Shown here: piece after piece, positions 39,768 through 49,511 of the stretch
How positions within the stretch are numbered: the stretch's first letter is position 1
Layout of the letters: each line of letters begins with the position of its first letter
Origin: Opitutus sp.
GTDB lineage: Bacteria; Verrucomicrobiota; Verrucomicrobiia; Opitutales; Opitutaceae
NCBI GenBank assembly: GCA_035549975.1
Contig: DASZPP010000121.1
Location: 1-54,301, forward strand
Direction of reading: 5' to 3'
DNA length: 54,301 nt
The notes under the pieces: model-generated
Seen by the model: only the letters and a program-made list of their open reading frames with translations
Database searches by the model: none
What the model was told of the DNA's origin: nothing
Position numbers and translations under genes: made by a program

Positions 39768-40874
39768 ATGCCGCGAAAAATCAGCTTCCTGAATTACAAG
39801 GGCGGAGTCGGCAAAACCTCGCTGATCGTCAACACCGCCGCCTGTCTCGCGCGCCGCGGCCTCCGCGTTCTCCTCTTCGACCTCGACACCCAGTCCAACG
39901 CCTCGATCTGGCTGATGCGCCTCGAGCGCTGGAACAAGATCAACGCCGACGGCACCGGCTCGATCTACTCCATCTTCGATCCCGGCCGCGCCCGCCTGAA
40001 AGACCTCGTCATCCGCGACGTCCTGCTCGGCAAATCGGGGGAAAAGCTCCTCCCCGGCCTCGATCTCGTGCCGACGACTTTCAACCTCGTCGACCTCGAG
40101 GGCGAATATCACGGCGACGGCCATCGGCCCGCCTGCGCGATCTTCCAGGAGCAGCTCGCCGAGATCGAGCGCGGCTACGACTTCGTTCTCTTCGACTGCC
40201 CGCCGAACATCCTGCGCGCCTCCCAGTGCGGCGTTTTCGCCTCGAACGAAATCTACGTTCCCGCGAATCCCGACGCGCTCAGCCTCATCGGCTTCACGCT
40301 GCTCGTTGAAAAGCTCCAGCGTTTCCACGCCCTGACCGCCGGCTTCCGCACCTCCGGCATGGGGCCCGCCGCGCAGGTCCAGGGCGTGATCATGAACGCG
40401 ATCAAGGCCGGCGCCGACATCGAGGTGCCGAAGATGCGCATGCAACTTCGCCTGAACCAATTCAGGGCCGCCCGCCGCGCCGCGCCCGCCGCGCGCATCT
40501 TCGACGCGCAGATTCGCGACGCCATGGTCGTCCGCCGCGCCGTCACGCTCGGCCTGCCCGTCAACCTCCTCGCCGACTCCGCCGCGCCGCCGCGCGACAA
40601 CGTCGCCGCCGACTACGACGCACTCGCCGACGAATTGTTGCGCCACGACCCCGCCGCTCCCTCGCTCACCTCGTCCGCAAACGCGACCAGCCGAGCCGCC
40701 GCCGCCACGCCCGCCTCATCCGCCGGCACCGACGCCCTGCTCTCTCCCTCTCACGCGGACAGGAGAGCCCACGAAACACAGCAACGAAATAAAAGCACTG
40801 CCGAAACGAGGGAAGAAGCGCCTCCCGCTCACGCCGGGTCGGGCCGGCCCTTCAACTCTCTCCTTTTCGCGTGA
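39768..40874 (+). CDS. ParA/Soj family ATPase with a low-complexity tail
   Basis: NYKGGVGKTS, DLDTQSNAS, YDFVLFDCPP; no parB adjacent. Confidence 0.9.
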   Translation: MPRKISFLNYKGGVGKTSLIVNTAACLARRGLRVLLFDLDTQSNASIWLMRLERWNKINADGTGSIYSIFDPGRARLKDLVIRDVLLGKSGEKLLPGLDLVPTTFNLVDLEGEYHGDGHRPACAIFQEQLAEIERGYDFVLFDCPPNILRASQCGVFASNEIYVPANPDALSLIGFTLLVEKLQRFHALTAGFRTSGMGPAAQVQGVIMNAIKAGADIEVPKMRMQLRLNQFRAARRAAPAARIFDAQIRDAMVVRRAVTLGLPVNLLADSAAPPRDNVAADYDALADELLRHDPAAPSLTSSANATSRAAAATPASSAGTDALLSPSHADRRAHETQQRNKSTAETREEAPPAHAGSGRPFNSLLFA

Positions 40875-40892
40875 TCAATGTGTTTCGTGGGC
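40767..40892. repeat. Inverted-repeat element overlapping the ParA 3' end
   Basis: Perfect 14-bp IR GCCCACGAAACACA (40767-40780) / TGTGTTTCGTGGGC (40879-40892). Confidence 0.8.
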
Positions 40893-40923
40893 CGTCCGCC
40901 GCGCCCTCGTCCGCTCCCCAGCC

Positions 40924-41778
40924 ATGAACTCCACGCCCGCCACCACTCCTGAAGCCGCCGCCGAATGGGACCGCATCCGCGCCTCCTTCGCCGCCTCGAT
41001 CATGGTGAACACGCCGCTCGCCAGCCTCGCCCAGGCCCTCGAGGGCGCCGACTGGCCGATCGCGAGCGCCGACGAGACGCCCGCCGTCTACATCGACTTC
41101 ACCTACGACGAGCTCCTGCACGAATTCGCCGCGCGCCGCCTCCCGAAATTCGCACCGCTGCTCATCCGCATCCTTCGCGAAACCCTCGAGTTCGACCAGC
41201 CCTTCGGCGACATGGTCGCGCAAACCGAAGCCGCCGCCACGCGCGACAATCCCATCCTGCGCTCGCTCGCCCGTCTCGACATTCCCGAGGACTATCCGAT
41301 CGACCTCGTCACGCTCGACGTCCCGTCCCGCGATCTCTGCCAGCTCGAGCAGCTCTCCACCCTCGGCCAGCTCGCCGTGTTCGCCCAGGGCCTCGCGCAA
41401 AACGTGATCCTCGGCGGCGCGCTCCGCCGGCTGCTCAACGCCCTCGCCCAGGCCGACGAGCGCCAGATCGCGGTGTTCGTCCCGTTCCGCCCGGGCTCCG
41501 CCGGCCTCCACCTCGTCGAGGCGCTCGCCCACGCCGCGCTGTCCACCGAACCCGCCCGCCAGGTCGGTCGCACGCTCGCGTGGTTTTCCACCGACTGCCG
41601 GAACTGGCGCGCCGCGGCGGCGACCGATCCCGACTTCATTTCCCACGAGCTCCAGTTGCTCGGCGACCGGGCACTCGAACAGCAGATCAAGCGCCTTCTC
41701 GCGCCGCACATCGTCTCCGCCCTGCCGAATCGCTACTCGCAATGGTGGTCCGCCTTCGCTCGCTGGAAAAAAGCCTGA
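40924..41778 (+). CDS. Hypothetical protein with an RNA polymerase alphaCTD-like segment
   Basis: 284 aa, typical codon usage; PIDLVTLDVPSRDLCQLEQLSTLGQL resembles the alphaCTD pattern. Confidence 0.65.
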   Translation: MNSTPATTPEAAAEWDRIRASFAASIMVNTPLASLAQALEGADWPIASADETPAVYIDFTYDELLHEFAARRLPKFAPLLIRILRETLEFDQPFGDMVAQTEAAATRDNPILRSLARLDIPEDYPIDLVTLDVPSRDLCQLEQLSTLGQLAVFAQGLAQNVILGGALRRLLNALAQADERQIAVFVPFRPGSAGLHLVEALAHAALSTEPARQVGRTLAWFSTDCRNWRAAAATDPDFISHELQLLGDRALEQQIKRLLAPHIVSALPNRYSQWWSAFARWKKA

Positions 41779-41893
41779 AAACAAAAACGCTTCGGCCCGG
41801 CTCGCGATCGTCTGCCCTTCAGGCCCTTCCCTCTCCTCCTTTCCCTCTCACTTTCGCCTTCACTTTCCGGTGCACGGACTCTCCTCCCGCTCG

Positions 41894-42433
41894 ATGCCGC
41901 CTTTCCCGGTCCGCCATCCGGCCGGCCCGCCGCTTCTGATTCCGCGCCGTCCGCGCACGCCGCCGCCCGACGGGCACCCGGAGCCGATTTCCCCCGACGC
42001 CGAGCGCTTGCTGCGCGAACGCGAACAGGCCCTCGCCAACCGCGAGCGCCTCGTTGCCGACGCCGAGGCGTTGGTCGCCGAGCGCACGCGCGACCTCGAC
42101 GAAATGGAGGCGTTGCTCCGCGCCCGCGAGGCGTTGATCACGTCCGCCCGGTTGCGCGACGCAAACCGCGGCGGCAACGTCACCCCCCGCGAGGCCGAGG
42201 CGCTGCACCGGCTCAAGGCCGAGCTCGATCGCCAGGAGGCCAACCTCCACGCCGCCCGGCAGGCGCTCCACGAGCGCGAGCAATTCATCGAGGAAAGCGA
42301 GACCCGGCTTTTTGAAAAAGTGCAGGCCCAGCAGGAAAAGGAAACCGAGCTCGAGCAGCGCGAGGAAGACCTCCATTCGCACGGCGCCGCCCGCCCCGCT
42401 TCTCCGCCGGCCTTCGACGAGTTTCGCGAGTAG
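41894..42433 (+). CDS. Coiled-coil protein with Pro-rich N-terminus
   Basis: E/R-rich heptads (LREREQALANRE, LHEREQFIEESE). Confidence 0.7.
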   Translation: MPPFPVRHPAGPPLLIPRRPRTPPPDGHPEPISPDAERLLREREQALANRERLVADAEALVAERTRDLDEMEALLRAREALITSARLRDANRGGNVTPREAEALHRLKAELDRQEANLHAARQALHEREQFIEESETRLFEKVQAQQEKETELEQREEDLHSHGAARPASPPAFDEFRE

Positions 42434-42555
42434 CGGCTGTTCGTGCGCACCATGTCGCGGCGAGCGCCAGCGAGCCGAATCGCATTGGGAACCTCCGTTC
42501 GCCGTGCGCCCGCCGGCAGCAACGAGCAGGCGGACGCCCAATCCGCCCGCGCCTC

Positions 42556-43305
42556 CTACGCCGTCGCCACGCGGGGAATCGCTCCCGCCTGCGCCGGCGC
42601 CGCTTCCGCGGCGATTCGCCCCAGCCGCACCGGCGCGAGCCCGCGGTTGTCGAACGCGTAGCCGAGCACCGCGATGTCCTTTCGGACCAGCCGTTCGACG
42701 ATCGCCGCCGACTCGTCGTCGTAATGGTCGCGATAGTCCGTGCTCTTCCGATACGCCGTGGTGTTGAACTGGTTCACGTGCGGCAGGCGGGCGTCGATCC
42801 CGATTTTTTTCGTCACGGTTTCGAAATCGCCGTCGATCGTCTCGACGCGCCCGACGAAATGCAGCAGCGGCGCGCCGCCTTCGTCGAAAATGTAATCGAC
42901 CTGGCGCTTGATCCGCTGCTCCTGCCGCCAGTCGAGATAGGCGCGAAACGAGCCCGCCCGATTCGTCGCGATCGCCCGCGGGTCCTCCGGCGACCAGTTC
43001 TTCATCGCCCGGTAAAAGAAATACCGCGACAGCTCCAGGTCCCACGGATTGCGCACAAACGTGAACCTGAACAACCGGTCCCACTCCCACGCGGGCAATT
43101 CGTGTTTCACGGCCGCCGCACCCAGGTGTTCCGTCCACATTCGCATCTTGTAGTGCGGATAGAGCCCGTGCAGCCCCAGCTTCCGGAACACGCGGTGATG
43201 AAACAGCGGACGGTGCGCATAAGGCCCCAGCGCCTTCTTCACGCTCGTGCCCGCGGCTTTTTCAATGTGGATGAACAAAAACCGACGACGGTAGGAGATG
43301 ATCAC
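42556..43305 (-). CDS. Sulfotransferase family 2 protein
   Basis: FLFIHIEKAAGTS, FTFVRNPW...SRY, FVGRVE, LPHVN, D...LGY.F. Confidence 0.88.
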   Translation of the reverse strand: MIISYRRRFLFIHIEKAAGTSVKKALGPYAHRPLFHHRVFRKLGLHGLYPHYKMRMWTEHLGAAAVKHELPAWEWDRLFRFTFVRNPWDLELSRYFFYRAMKNWSPEDPRAIATNRAGSFRAYLDWRQEQRIKRQVDYIFDEGGAPLLHFVGRVETIDGDFETVTKKIGIDARLPHVNQFNTTAYRKSTDYRDHYDDESAAIVERLVRKDIAVLGYAFDNRGLAPVRLGRIAAEAAPAQAGAIPRVATA

Positions 43306-43549
43306 GGCGCGAAACGTTTGGATGGAGGCGGGGTGCCCTCACCCCGCTTTCCGAGTTGATGCGGGCGGGATGTCCGCCTCGTCGGCCCGTTGGCATTGAC
43401 GAAAGCGAAATCCCGCGCCGGCCGCTTCACGACACGCAGCTCGTTGCCCGCGTTCGCCTCCAAACCGTCAGGTCATCTCCGACCGCGCCATCGGTGAAAA
43501 CCCCACGGCGCGGGGGCCGCCGGTCCCTTCCGCCGCTCGTCACCGCCGT

Positions 43550-44929
43550 TCACCGGCGCGAATAATACGCGTCAACCTTGGCCGCCACGTCGCGAAACCC
43601 GATGTCCTCGCTGTAGATCGCCTTGAATTCCTCGATCGCCTCGTCGTTCCGCTCCATCGCCTCGAGGCACCCGCCGAGCTCGTAGACGACCTCCTTTTTC
43701 GTCTCGTCGAGCGCGCCGAGTTCCCCCTTGGCGGTTTTCAGTTGCGCGACCGCCAGATCGAACAGCCGCTTCGCCTTGAACGCCCTGCCCAATCCCAACA
43801 GCGCCGCGATCCGCACCTGCGGATGCCGCTGCGCCTGTTGAAACTGCGCAACCGCCGCATCGATCTTCCCCGCTTCCAGCAACAACCCGCCCAGCGCCTG
43901 CCGCGCCGGCGGGTCGTTCGGATGGCGCTCCACCCATCGTTGCGCCTCCGCCAGCCGAAATGCCGCCAGGGCCGCCCGTGCGCGTTCCACCCGCGTCGGT
44001 TTTTCCCCGTCGTCAGCGGTCGCCTCGGCCTCCGTCACCGCGCGTTCGTGCTGCTCCAGCTGCAGCTCCGATTCCATTTTTTCCCATCCCGCGTCCGCCG
44101 CCGCCGCCGGCAGAGCACGGGCTTTTCGCAACCACGCCAGCGCGTCGTCCGGCCGCCCGAGCTGCCGGCAGCCGTGCACAAGGCTGCGGTAATGGTTCAA
44201 ATTCCCCGGCTCCTGCGCAACCCGCGCCTGCGCCTCGTCGATCAATCGCTGCGTCATCCCGTCCGACGTCACGACTTTTGCCGCCTGTTCGAGCGAGATC
44301 GCCTGCGCTTCGTCGCGCAGCTTTTCGCGAAACGACGAGTCCGAATCCCAGCGCGACTTCGTCACCGTCTGCGCGATCGACGCCTGCCGCATCAGATCCT
44401 GCGCCGCCGGATCAACCGGCCGCGTCCGCAGGATCGCCTCCGCCATCCGCAGTGCCTCCGCCGGCTTCCCCGCCGCCAGCCATGCCCCGCCCAGCGCGAG
44501 CAAGTTGTCGCGGTTTTCCGGTTGCAACTCCCGCGCCGCCTCGAACGCGAACACCGCCGTCTCCGCCCAGCCCAGCGCCAATGCCGCCGCACCCATCTGC
44601 TTCAACGCCGCCGCACTCGTTGGATCCGCCGCGAGCAGTTTTTCCGCCGTCGCGAACGCCTGCTCCGGCGCCTGCTTCGCGCCCAACACGAAAGGCGTCG
44701 CCGTCAGCCCGCCGATCGCCTTCGCGAGCAGCCGGTTCTTCGCCTTGAACTGGCGCAGTCGCGCCACGCGCTGCAGCCGCCGCATCGCGACGCACTCCGG
44801 CGCCGCCTGCAGCACCTGGCCGCACATCTCCAGGACATAGTCGTCGTTCCCGCGCTCGAAGGCCGCCGCCGCATTCCTGACCAGCCTCTGCTGCCTCGCC
44901 TCGAGCGCTGAAACCGGAACGTCAGCCAT
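43550..44929 (-). CDS. Tetratricopeptide repeat protein
   Basis: Repeated TPR helices; C-terminal AIEEFKAIYSEDIGFRDV. Confidence 0.85.
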   Translation of the reverse strand: MADVPVSALEARQQRLVRNAAAAFERGNDDYVLEMCGQVLQAAPECVAMRRLQRVARLRQFKAKNRLLAKAIGGLTATPFVLGAKQAPEQAFATAEKLLAADPTSAAALKQMGAAALALGWAETAVFAFEAARELQPENRDNLLALGGAWLAAGKPAEALRMAEAILRTRPVDPAAQDLMRQASIAQTVTKSRWDSDSSFREKLRDEAQAISLEQAAKVVTSDGMTQRLIDEAQARVAQEPGNLNHYRSLVHGCRQLGRPDDALAWLRKARALPAAAADAGWEKMESELQLEQHERAVTEAEATADDGEKPTRVERARAALAAFRLAEAQRWVERHPNDPPARQALGGLLLEAGKIDAAVAQFQQAQRHPQVRIAALLGLGRAFKAKRLFDLAVAQLKTAKGELGALDETKKEVVYELGGCLEAMERNDEAIEEFKAIYSEDIGFRDVAAKVDAYYSRR

Positions 44930-44983
44930 GCCCCGGAGGTTCGCGCCGGCCCGCCCGCGGTCAACGCTAGACTGGCTCCGATC

Positions 44984-45676
44984 CTATCGCGCGCGCCGCG
45001 CCGCCACGCTGCCCACCACTCCGCCAAAAAATCCAAAAATGCATCCGAGCACGACCCCGACCGCGAGGTGGCCGAACGCCGCATCGAGGCCGTTCGTGAT
45101 CGCGAACGCCCGCGGATCGGCCCATCCGCTTTGTTTGAATTCCTGCCAGGTCGCCACGTAGCCCGCCGAAGGAACGCCCGCTTTGGTCAACGCCAGGCCA
45201 AACGTCACCGCAACCACCATGCTCCACATCGCGCTCGCGCACGCCGTCGCGATCCCCGTTGCCACCGCCCCGTCCGTCCGGCTGGCACGATATCCGGCCA
45301 GCGCCCAGATCGCAAAAGCCGCCAGCATGAATCCGAGCGTCACGAGCGCGTTCTCACCGACCCTCGAGCCAAAATTCTCCAACGCCATGTGCCCGACCTG
45401 CAGCACGCCCGCCAGCATTCCCGCCGCGCCGCCAAGCCGCAGCACGAGGTCGCGGTGAATTCCGAGCCGGCCCGGCAACACCGCGAATGCGACCGCATAG
45501 ATCGCCAGCATCACCACCGCCTCGACCGCCGTGGTCGTGCCGCCCGGAAATTGCAGCGGCGATTTCGGGCCCTGCAGCAGCCACGCGATCAACGAAAGAT
45601 CGGCGGCAATCGCGCCGACGCCGACCAACCGGGTGCCGCTCACCCATCGCTCCGTCGCGCCCAGCCGCGTTCTCAT
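44984..45676 (-). CDS. Hypothetical multi-pass membrane protein
   Basis: ATGA overlap with glmM stop; about six hydrophobic segments. Confidence 0.65.
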   Translation of the reverse strand: MRTRLGATERWVSGTRLVGVGAIAADLSLIAWLLQGPKSPLQFPGGTTTAVEAVVMLAIYAVAFAVLPGRLGIHRDLVLRLGGAAGMLAGVLQVGHMALENFGSRVGENALVTLGFMLAAFAIWALAGYRASRTDGAVATGIATACASAMWSMVVAVTFGLALTKAGVPSAGYVATWQEFKQSGWADPRAFAITNGLDAAFGHLAVGVVLGCIFGFFGGVVGSVAARRAR

Positions 45677-47019
45677 TCCCCCAGCTCCCCGCGCGCCGCT
45701 GCTTCGATGCGGGCCAGCGCCTCGTTCACCGCCGTCTCCGTCGGTCCTTCCACGAGCAATCTCAGCTTCGGCTCCGTGCCCGAATACCGCACGAGCACGC
45801 GCCCGCGTTCGCCAAACGCCGACTCCACCTCGCGAACCGCCGCCCGCAGTCCCGGCAATGTCTCCAGCGGCTTTTTCTCCTTCACTTTCAGGGCCGCCGT
45901 GCGCTGCGGAAACTTCCTCAGCACGTCCCGCAAGGTCGACAGCGGCTGGCCGGTCGCACGCATCACCTCGATCACCTTCAAGGCGGCCACCAGCCCGTCG
46001 CCCGTGGGCGAAACGTCCGCGCAAACGATGTGCCCGCTCGACTCGCCGCCGAGCTCCGCGCCTTCCGCGCGCATCCGTTCGATCACGTAACGATCGCCGA
46101 CCGCCGTGCGGCGCACCACGCCACCCGCCCGGGCGATCGCCGCGTCCAGCCCGAGATTGCTCTGGACCGTCACGACCAGCGTTTTCCCCCGCAGCGCGCC
46201 ACGGCCGAGCGCGTGGCTCGCCAGCACCGCGAGGATTTCGTCGCCATCCAGCAATTCGCCGCGCTCATCGCACAACACACACCGGTCGCCATCGCCGTCG
46301 TGCGCGATCCCGATCCGCGCGCCGGTCGCGCACACCCGCTCCCGCAACGGCTCCGGATGCTCGCTGCCGACGCCCGCGTTGATGTTGTTTCCGTCCGGCG
46401 CAGCGCCGATTCCGATCACCTCCGCTCCCAGCGCCCGCAACACCGCCGGGCTCGTCGCGCAGGTCGCGCCGTTCGCCGTGTCGAGCACGATCCGCCAGCC
46501 CGCGAGCGCGTTCGCCGGCAGCAGCGCCGAACACGCCGTCACATATTCCGCGGCCGCACCTGGCGACGTGCGAAAATTCGCCGCGCCGCCCGCGACCGGC
46601 TCCTCGCCGATCAACCGCTCGATCGCCGCCTCCTCCTCGTCCGTCAGCTTCACGCCGCCCGGGCCGAAAAATTTGATGCCGTTGTCCGCGGCCGGATTGT
46701 GCGATGCCGTGATCACGACGCCAAGCGCCACCCGCTGATCCCGCACCGCCCGCGCGACTGCAGGCGTCGGCAACACGCCGAGCAGCACCGCGTTCATGCC
46801 GCCCGCGCGCAATCCCCGCGCCACCGCGTTCGCCAGCGACTCCCCCGATGCGCGCGTGTCCCAGCCGATCAAGGCGGTCGCGCCCGTCGCGGCCCGCGCT
46901 TCGAGGGGCGCGCTCCGTTGCGCCGCGGCGCGTCCCAACCGCGCGGCAAACGCTTCGTTCACGAGCGGTCCGCCGTAGGGGCCGCGCACACCGTCGGTGC
47001 CAAAAAATCGGCGCGTCAT
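45673..47019 (-). CDS. glmM: Phosphoglucosamine mutase
   Basis: FGTDGVRG, TASHNP..DNGIKFF, DGDGDR, GGESSGH, RYSGTEP. Confidence 0.95.
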   Translation of the reverse strand: MTRRFFGTDGVRGPYGGPLVNEAFAARLGRAAAQRSAPLEARAATGATALIGWDTRASGESLANAVARGLRAGGMNAVLLGVLPTPAVARAVRDQRVALGVVITASHNPAADNGIKFFGPGGVKLTDEEEAAIERLIGEEPVAGGAANFRTSPGAAAEYVTACSALLPANALAGWRIVLDTANGATCATSPAVLRALGAEVIGIGAAPDGNNINAGVGSEHPEPLRERVCATGARIGIAHDGDGDRCVLCDERGELLDGDEILAVLASHALGRGALRGKTLVVTVQSNLGLDAAIARAGGVVRRTAVGDRYVIERMRAEGAELGGESSGHIVCADVSPTGDGLVAALKVIEVMRATGQPLSTLRDVLRKFPQRTAALKVKEKKPLETLPGLRAAVREVESAFGERGRVLVRYSGTEPKLRLLVEGPTETAVNEALARIEAAARGELGE

Positions 47020-48062
47020 GAACGGTAAAACTCCCGCGTCGCCGAAATTTTCCTCGCCACCGCGCCGCCGAGCAGCAGCTCCCGCGCGCAGTCGATGCCT
47101 GCGCGAACGCCCGGCGTTTGGCCGACGATCCACATCGCCACCGCCGCGTTCCACACGATCGTGTCGACCAGTCCCGCCGGTCCTTTCCCCGCGAGCACCG
47201 CGTCGATGATCGCCAGGTTCGCCGCGAGGTCGCCGCCCTGCAGGTCCGAAAACGGCGCCCGGGCGAACGCGTGGTCCGCGCCGTTCCATTCCGCGTCGAT
47301 GTCGCGCAGCCGCCCGAAACCGCGCACGTGGTTCCGCGTCGCCGTCGTGAGCTCGTCGATCCCGCGCGAGTCGTCGATCACGCCATGAACCGCCAGGCCC
47401 GCGCTCGACCCGAGCACATCGAGCGCACCGGCGAGCTTCGGCACCCATCCCCGCGCGAACACGCCCAGCAGCACATGCCCCGGCCGTCCGGGATTGATCA
47501 ACGGCCCGAGGATGTTGAACACCGACCGCTGTCCCCGCGCCGCCAGCGCTTTCCGCACCGGCGCGATGTGCTTGAACGCGGGATGATATCCCGGCGCAAA
47601 GAAGAAAACGAAACCGAGTTCGTCGAGCGCCCGCCGCAGCTTCTCCGGGGGTGCATCCAGCGCCACGCCGAGTCCCGCCAGCAAATCCGCGCTGCCGCAC
47701 TTCGACGTGATGCCGCGGTTGCCGTGCTTCATCACCGTCACGCCCGCGCTCGCCAGCACAAGCACGACGATGCTCGAGATGTTGAATCCGCCCGCGTGGT
47801 CGCCGCCCGTCCCGACGATGTCGATCGCCCGCGCCGCCCACCGCTCGACACCCGGGTCAACCGCCCGCTCGCGAAACACCCGTGCGAACGTCGCCACCTC
47901 CTCGACCGTCTCGCCCTTTGCGGCGAGTGCGGCCAGAAACTCCGCCTTCACGTCGTCCGTGTCCTCCGTCTCCGTCAGCGCCGCCGCCGCGGTTTCGACG
48001 TCGGTGGCGCCGAGGTTGTGACCGGCGCGAAGTTCGGGAGTGAGTTGAGCGAGCAGGGACAT
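47016..48062 (-). CDS. trpD: Anthranilate phosphoribosyltransferase
   Basis: DIVGTGGD...FNISS, KHGNRGITSKCGSAD, FNILGPLINP, DE. Confidence 0.96.
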   Translation of the reverse strand: MSLLAQLTPELRAGHNLGATDVETAAAALTETEDTDDVKAEFLAALAAKGETVEEVATFARVFRERAVDPGVERWAARAIDIVGTGGDHAGGFNISSIVVLVLASAGVTVMKHGNRGITSKCGSADLLAGLGVALDAPPEKLRRALDELGFVFFFAPGYHPAFKHIAPVRKALAARGQRSVFNILGPLINPGRPGHVLLGVFARGWVPKLAGALDVLGSSAGLAVHGVIDDSRGIDELTTATRNHVRGFGRLRDIDAEWNGADHAFARAPFSDLQGGDLAANLAIIDAVLAGKGPAGLVDTIVWNAAVAMWIVGQTPGVRAGIDCARELLLGGAVARKISATREFYRS

Positions 48063-48194
48063 GATGGGCGCGGGCCAGGCACAAGCCCGGACTGCGGGCA
48101 GCCAGTTTCAATTCGAAAAACCCTCCGGCCATCCGGCAACTTCATTTCCACGAATAAATTTGCCCCGCCGCCGCAAAATTGAAACCAACGCGCC

Positions 48195-49202
48195 GTGCGA
48201 ATCCCGCTTCTTCTCGCCGCCGTCCTCGCCACCACCGCGGCGCGCGGCCAGGCGCCGGCGCCCGTGGCGCCGGCCCAGCCCGCCGCCGAGCTTTCCGTCC
48301 CCGATGCGCTCGTGCTCGGCGCGGTCGAGGGTTTCACCGAATTCCTCCCGATCTCCTCCACCGGCCACTTGATCATCGCGGCCCACGCCCTCGGCCTCGA
48401 ATCCGACACCCCGCTCCACGACCGCGCCGCCCGGCCGCTCTGGTTCATCAAGCCCTCGCCGCGCCACCCCAACGGCGAACCGCTCACCCTCAAGCTCGCC
48501 GCCGACACCTACACGGTCGTGATCCAGTTCGGCGCGATCGCCGCCGTCGGCCTCCTCTACTGGCGGCAATTCCTGTCGATGATCCGCGGGCTGCTCGGAC
48601 GCGACCCCGCCGGATTGAAGCTCGTCGGCAATCTCCTGCTCGCGTTTTTCCCCGCCGCCTTCGTCGGCCTCGCCCTCGACAAGCGGGGCATCGAACTCTT
48701 CTCCGTCGGCGCCGTGATCTCCGCCCAGGTCGTCGGCGCGTTGCTGATCCTTTGGGCCGAGCGCTGGCGCCGGAACCGCGTCGCGCGCGGCGGCGGGGCT
48801 CACGAGGTCGCCGACATCACCTCCCGCAGTGCGCTCAACATCGGTCTCCTCCAATGTCTCGCCCTCTGGCCCGGCATGAGCCGCTCCATGACCACGATCG
48901 TGGGCGGCTATTTCGCCGGCCTCGATCCGCGCCGCTCCGCCGAGTTCAGCTTCCTGCTCGGCTTCGTCACGCTCACCGCCGCCACCGTCTACAAGAGCTA
49001 CAAGAGCGGCGCCGCCATGATCGCCGTCTTCGGGTGGCCGCACGTCCTGCTCGGCTGTTTCGTCGCCACCGTCACCGCCGCGATCGCCGTCAGGTTTCTT
49101 GTCGGCTGGCTCTCGCGCCACGGGATGGCGGCTTTCGCATGGTATCGGATCGCGTTCGCCGTGGCCCTCGCCGCGCTGGTCGCCACCGGTCACCTGCAAT
49201 AA
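48195..49202 (+). CDS. uppP: Undecaprenyl-diphosphate phosphatase (BacA)
   Basis: VEGFTEFLPISSTGHL, IQFGAI, ALWPGMSRS.TTI, AEFSFLL. Confidence 0.95.
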   Translation: MRIPLLLAAVLATTAARGQAPAPVAPAQPAAELSVPDALVLGAVEGFTEFLPISSTGHLIIAAHALGLESDTPLHDRAARPLWFIKPSPRHPNGEPLTLKLAADTYTVVIQFGAIAAVGLLYWRQFLSMIRGLLGRDPAGLKLVGNLLLAFFPAAFVGLALDKRGIELFSVGAVISAQVVGALLILWAERWRRNRVARGGGAHEVADITSRSALNIGLLQCLALWPGMSRSMTTIVGGYFAGLDPRRSAEFSFLLGFVTLTAATVYKSYKSGAAMIAVFGWPHVLLGCFVATVTAAIAVRFLVGWLSRHGMAAFAWYRIAFAVALAALVATGHLQ

Positions 49203-49303
49203 CAGCGCTTGACGCCAAAAAACCCGACCCTTTTATTCTGACCCTTTGCCACGACTGCCGGCGCGAATTTGCCGCCGCCGTGCACTTCCAAATACCACTT
49301 CCC

Positions 49304-49483
49304 ATGGCCAATCCGAAACGCAAGCAGTCCAAACGCCGCAGCGCCAACCGCCGCGCCGCCAACGCTTTCATCGCGCCCGAGTTCGCGAAAGACCCGACCG
49401 ACGGAACCCTGTTCCGCCCGCACCGCGTCAATCCCAAGAACGGCATGTATCGGGGCCGGCAGGTCCTGAACGTCGAGGTCTGA
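49304..49483 (+). CDS. rpmF: 50S ribosomal protein L32
   Basis: MANPKRKQSKRR...PHRV....MYRGRQV, directly upstream of plsX. Confidence 0.95.
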   Translation: MANPKRKQSKRRSANRRAANAFIAPEFAKDPTDGTLFRPHRVNPKNGMYRGRQVLNVEV

Positions 49484-49511
49484 GTCGCCGCCCCGTTCGC
49501 TGGCCACCAGC

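Noticed and set aside
39768-40874. Chromosome partition locus or origin region
   Set aside because: No parB, parS, dnaA or gidAB nearby
49209-49239. Sigma70 promoter TTGACG...TATTCT for rpmF
   Set aside because: Plausible, but the 19-bp spacing is suboptimal and cannot be supported without TSS data
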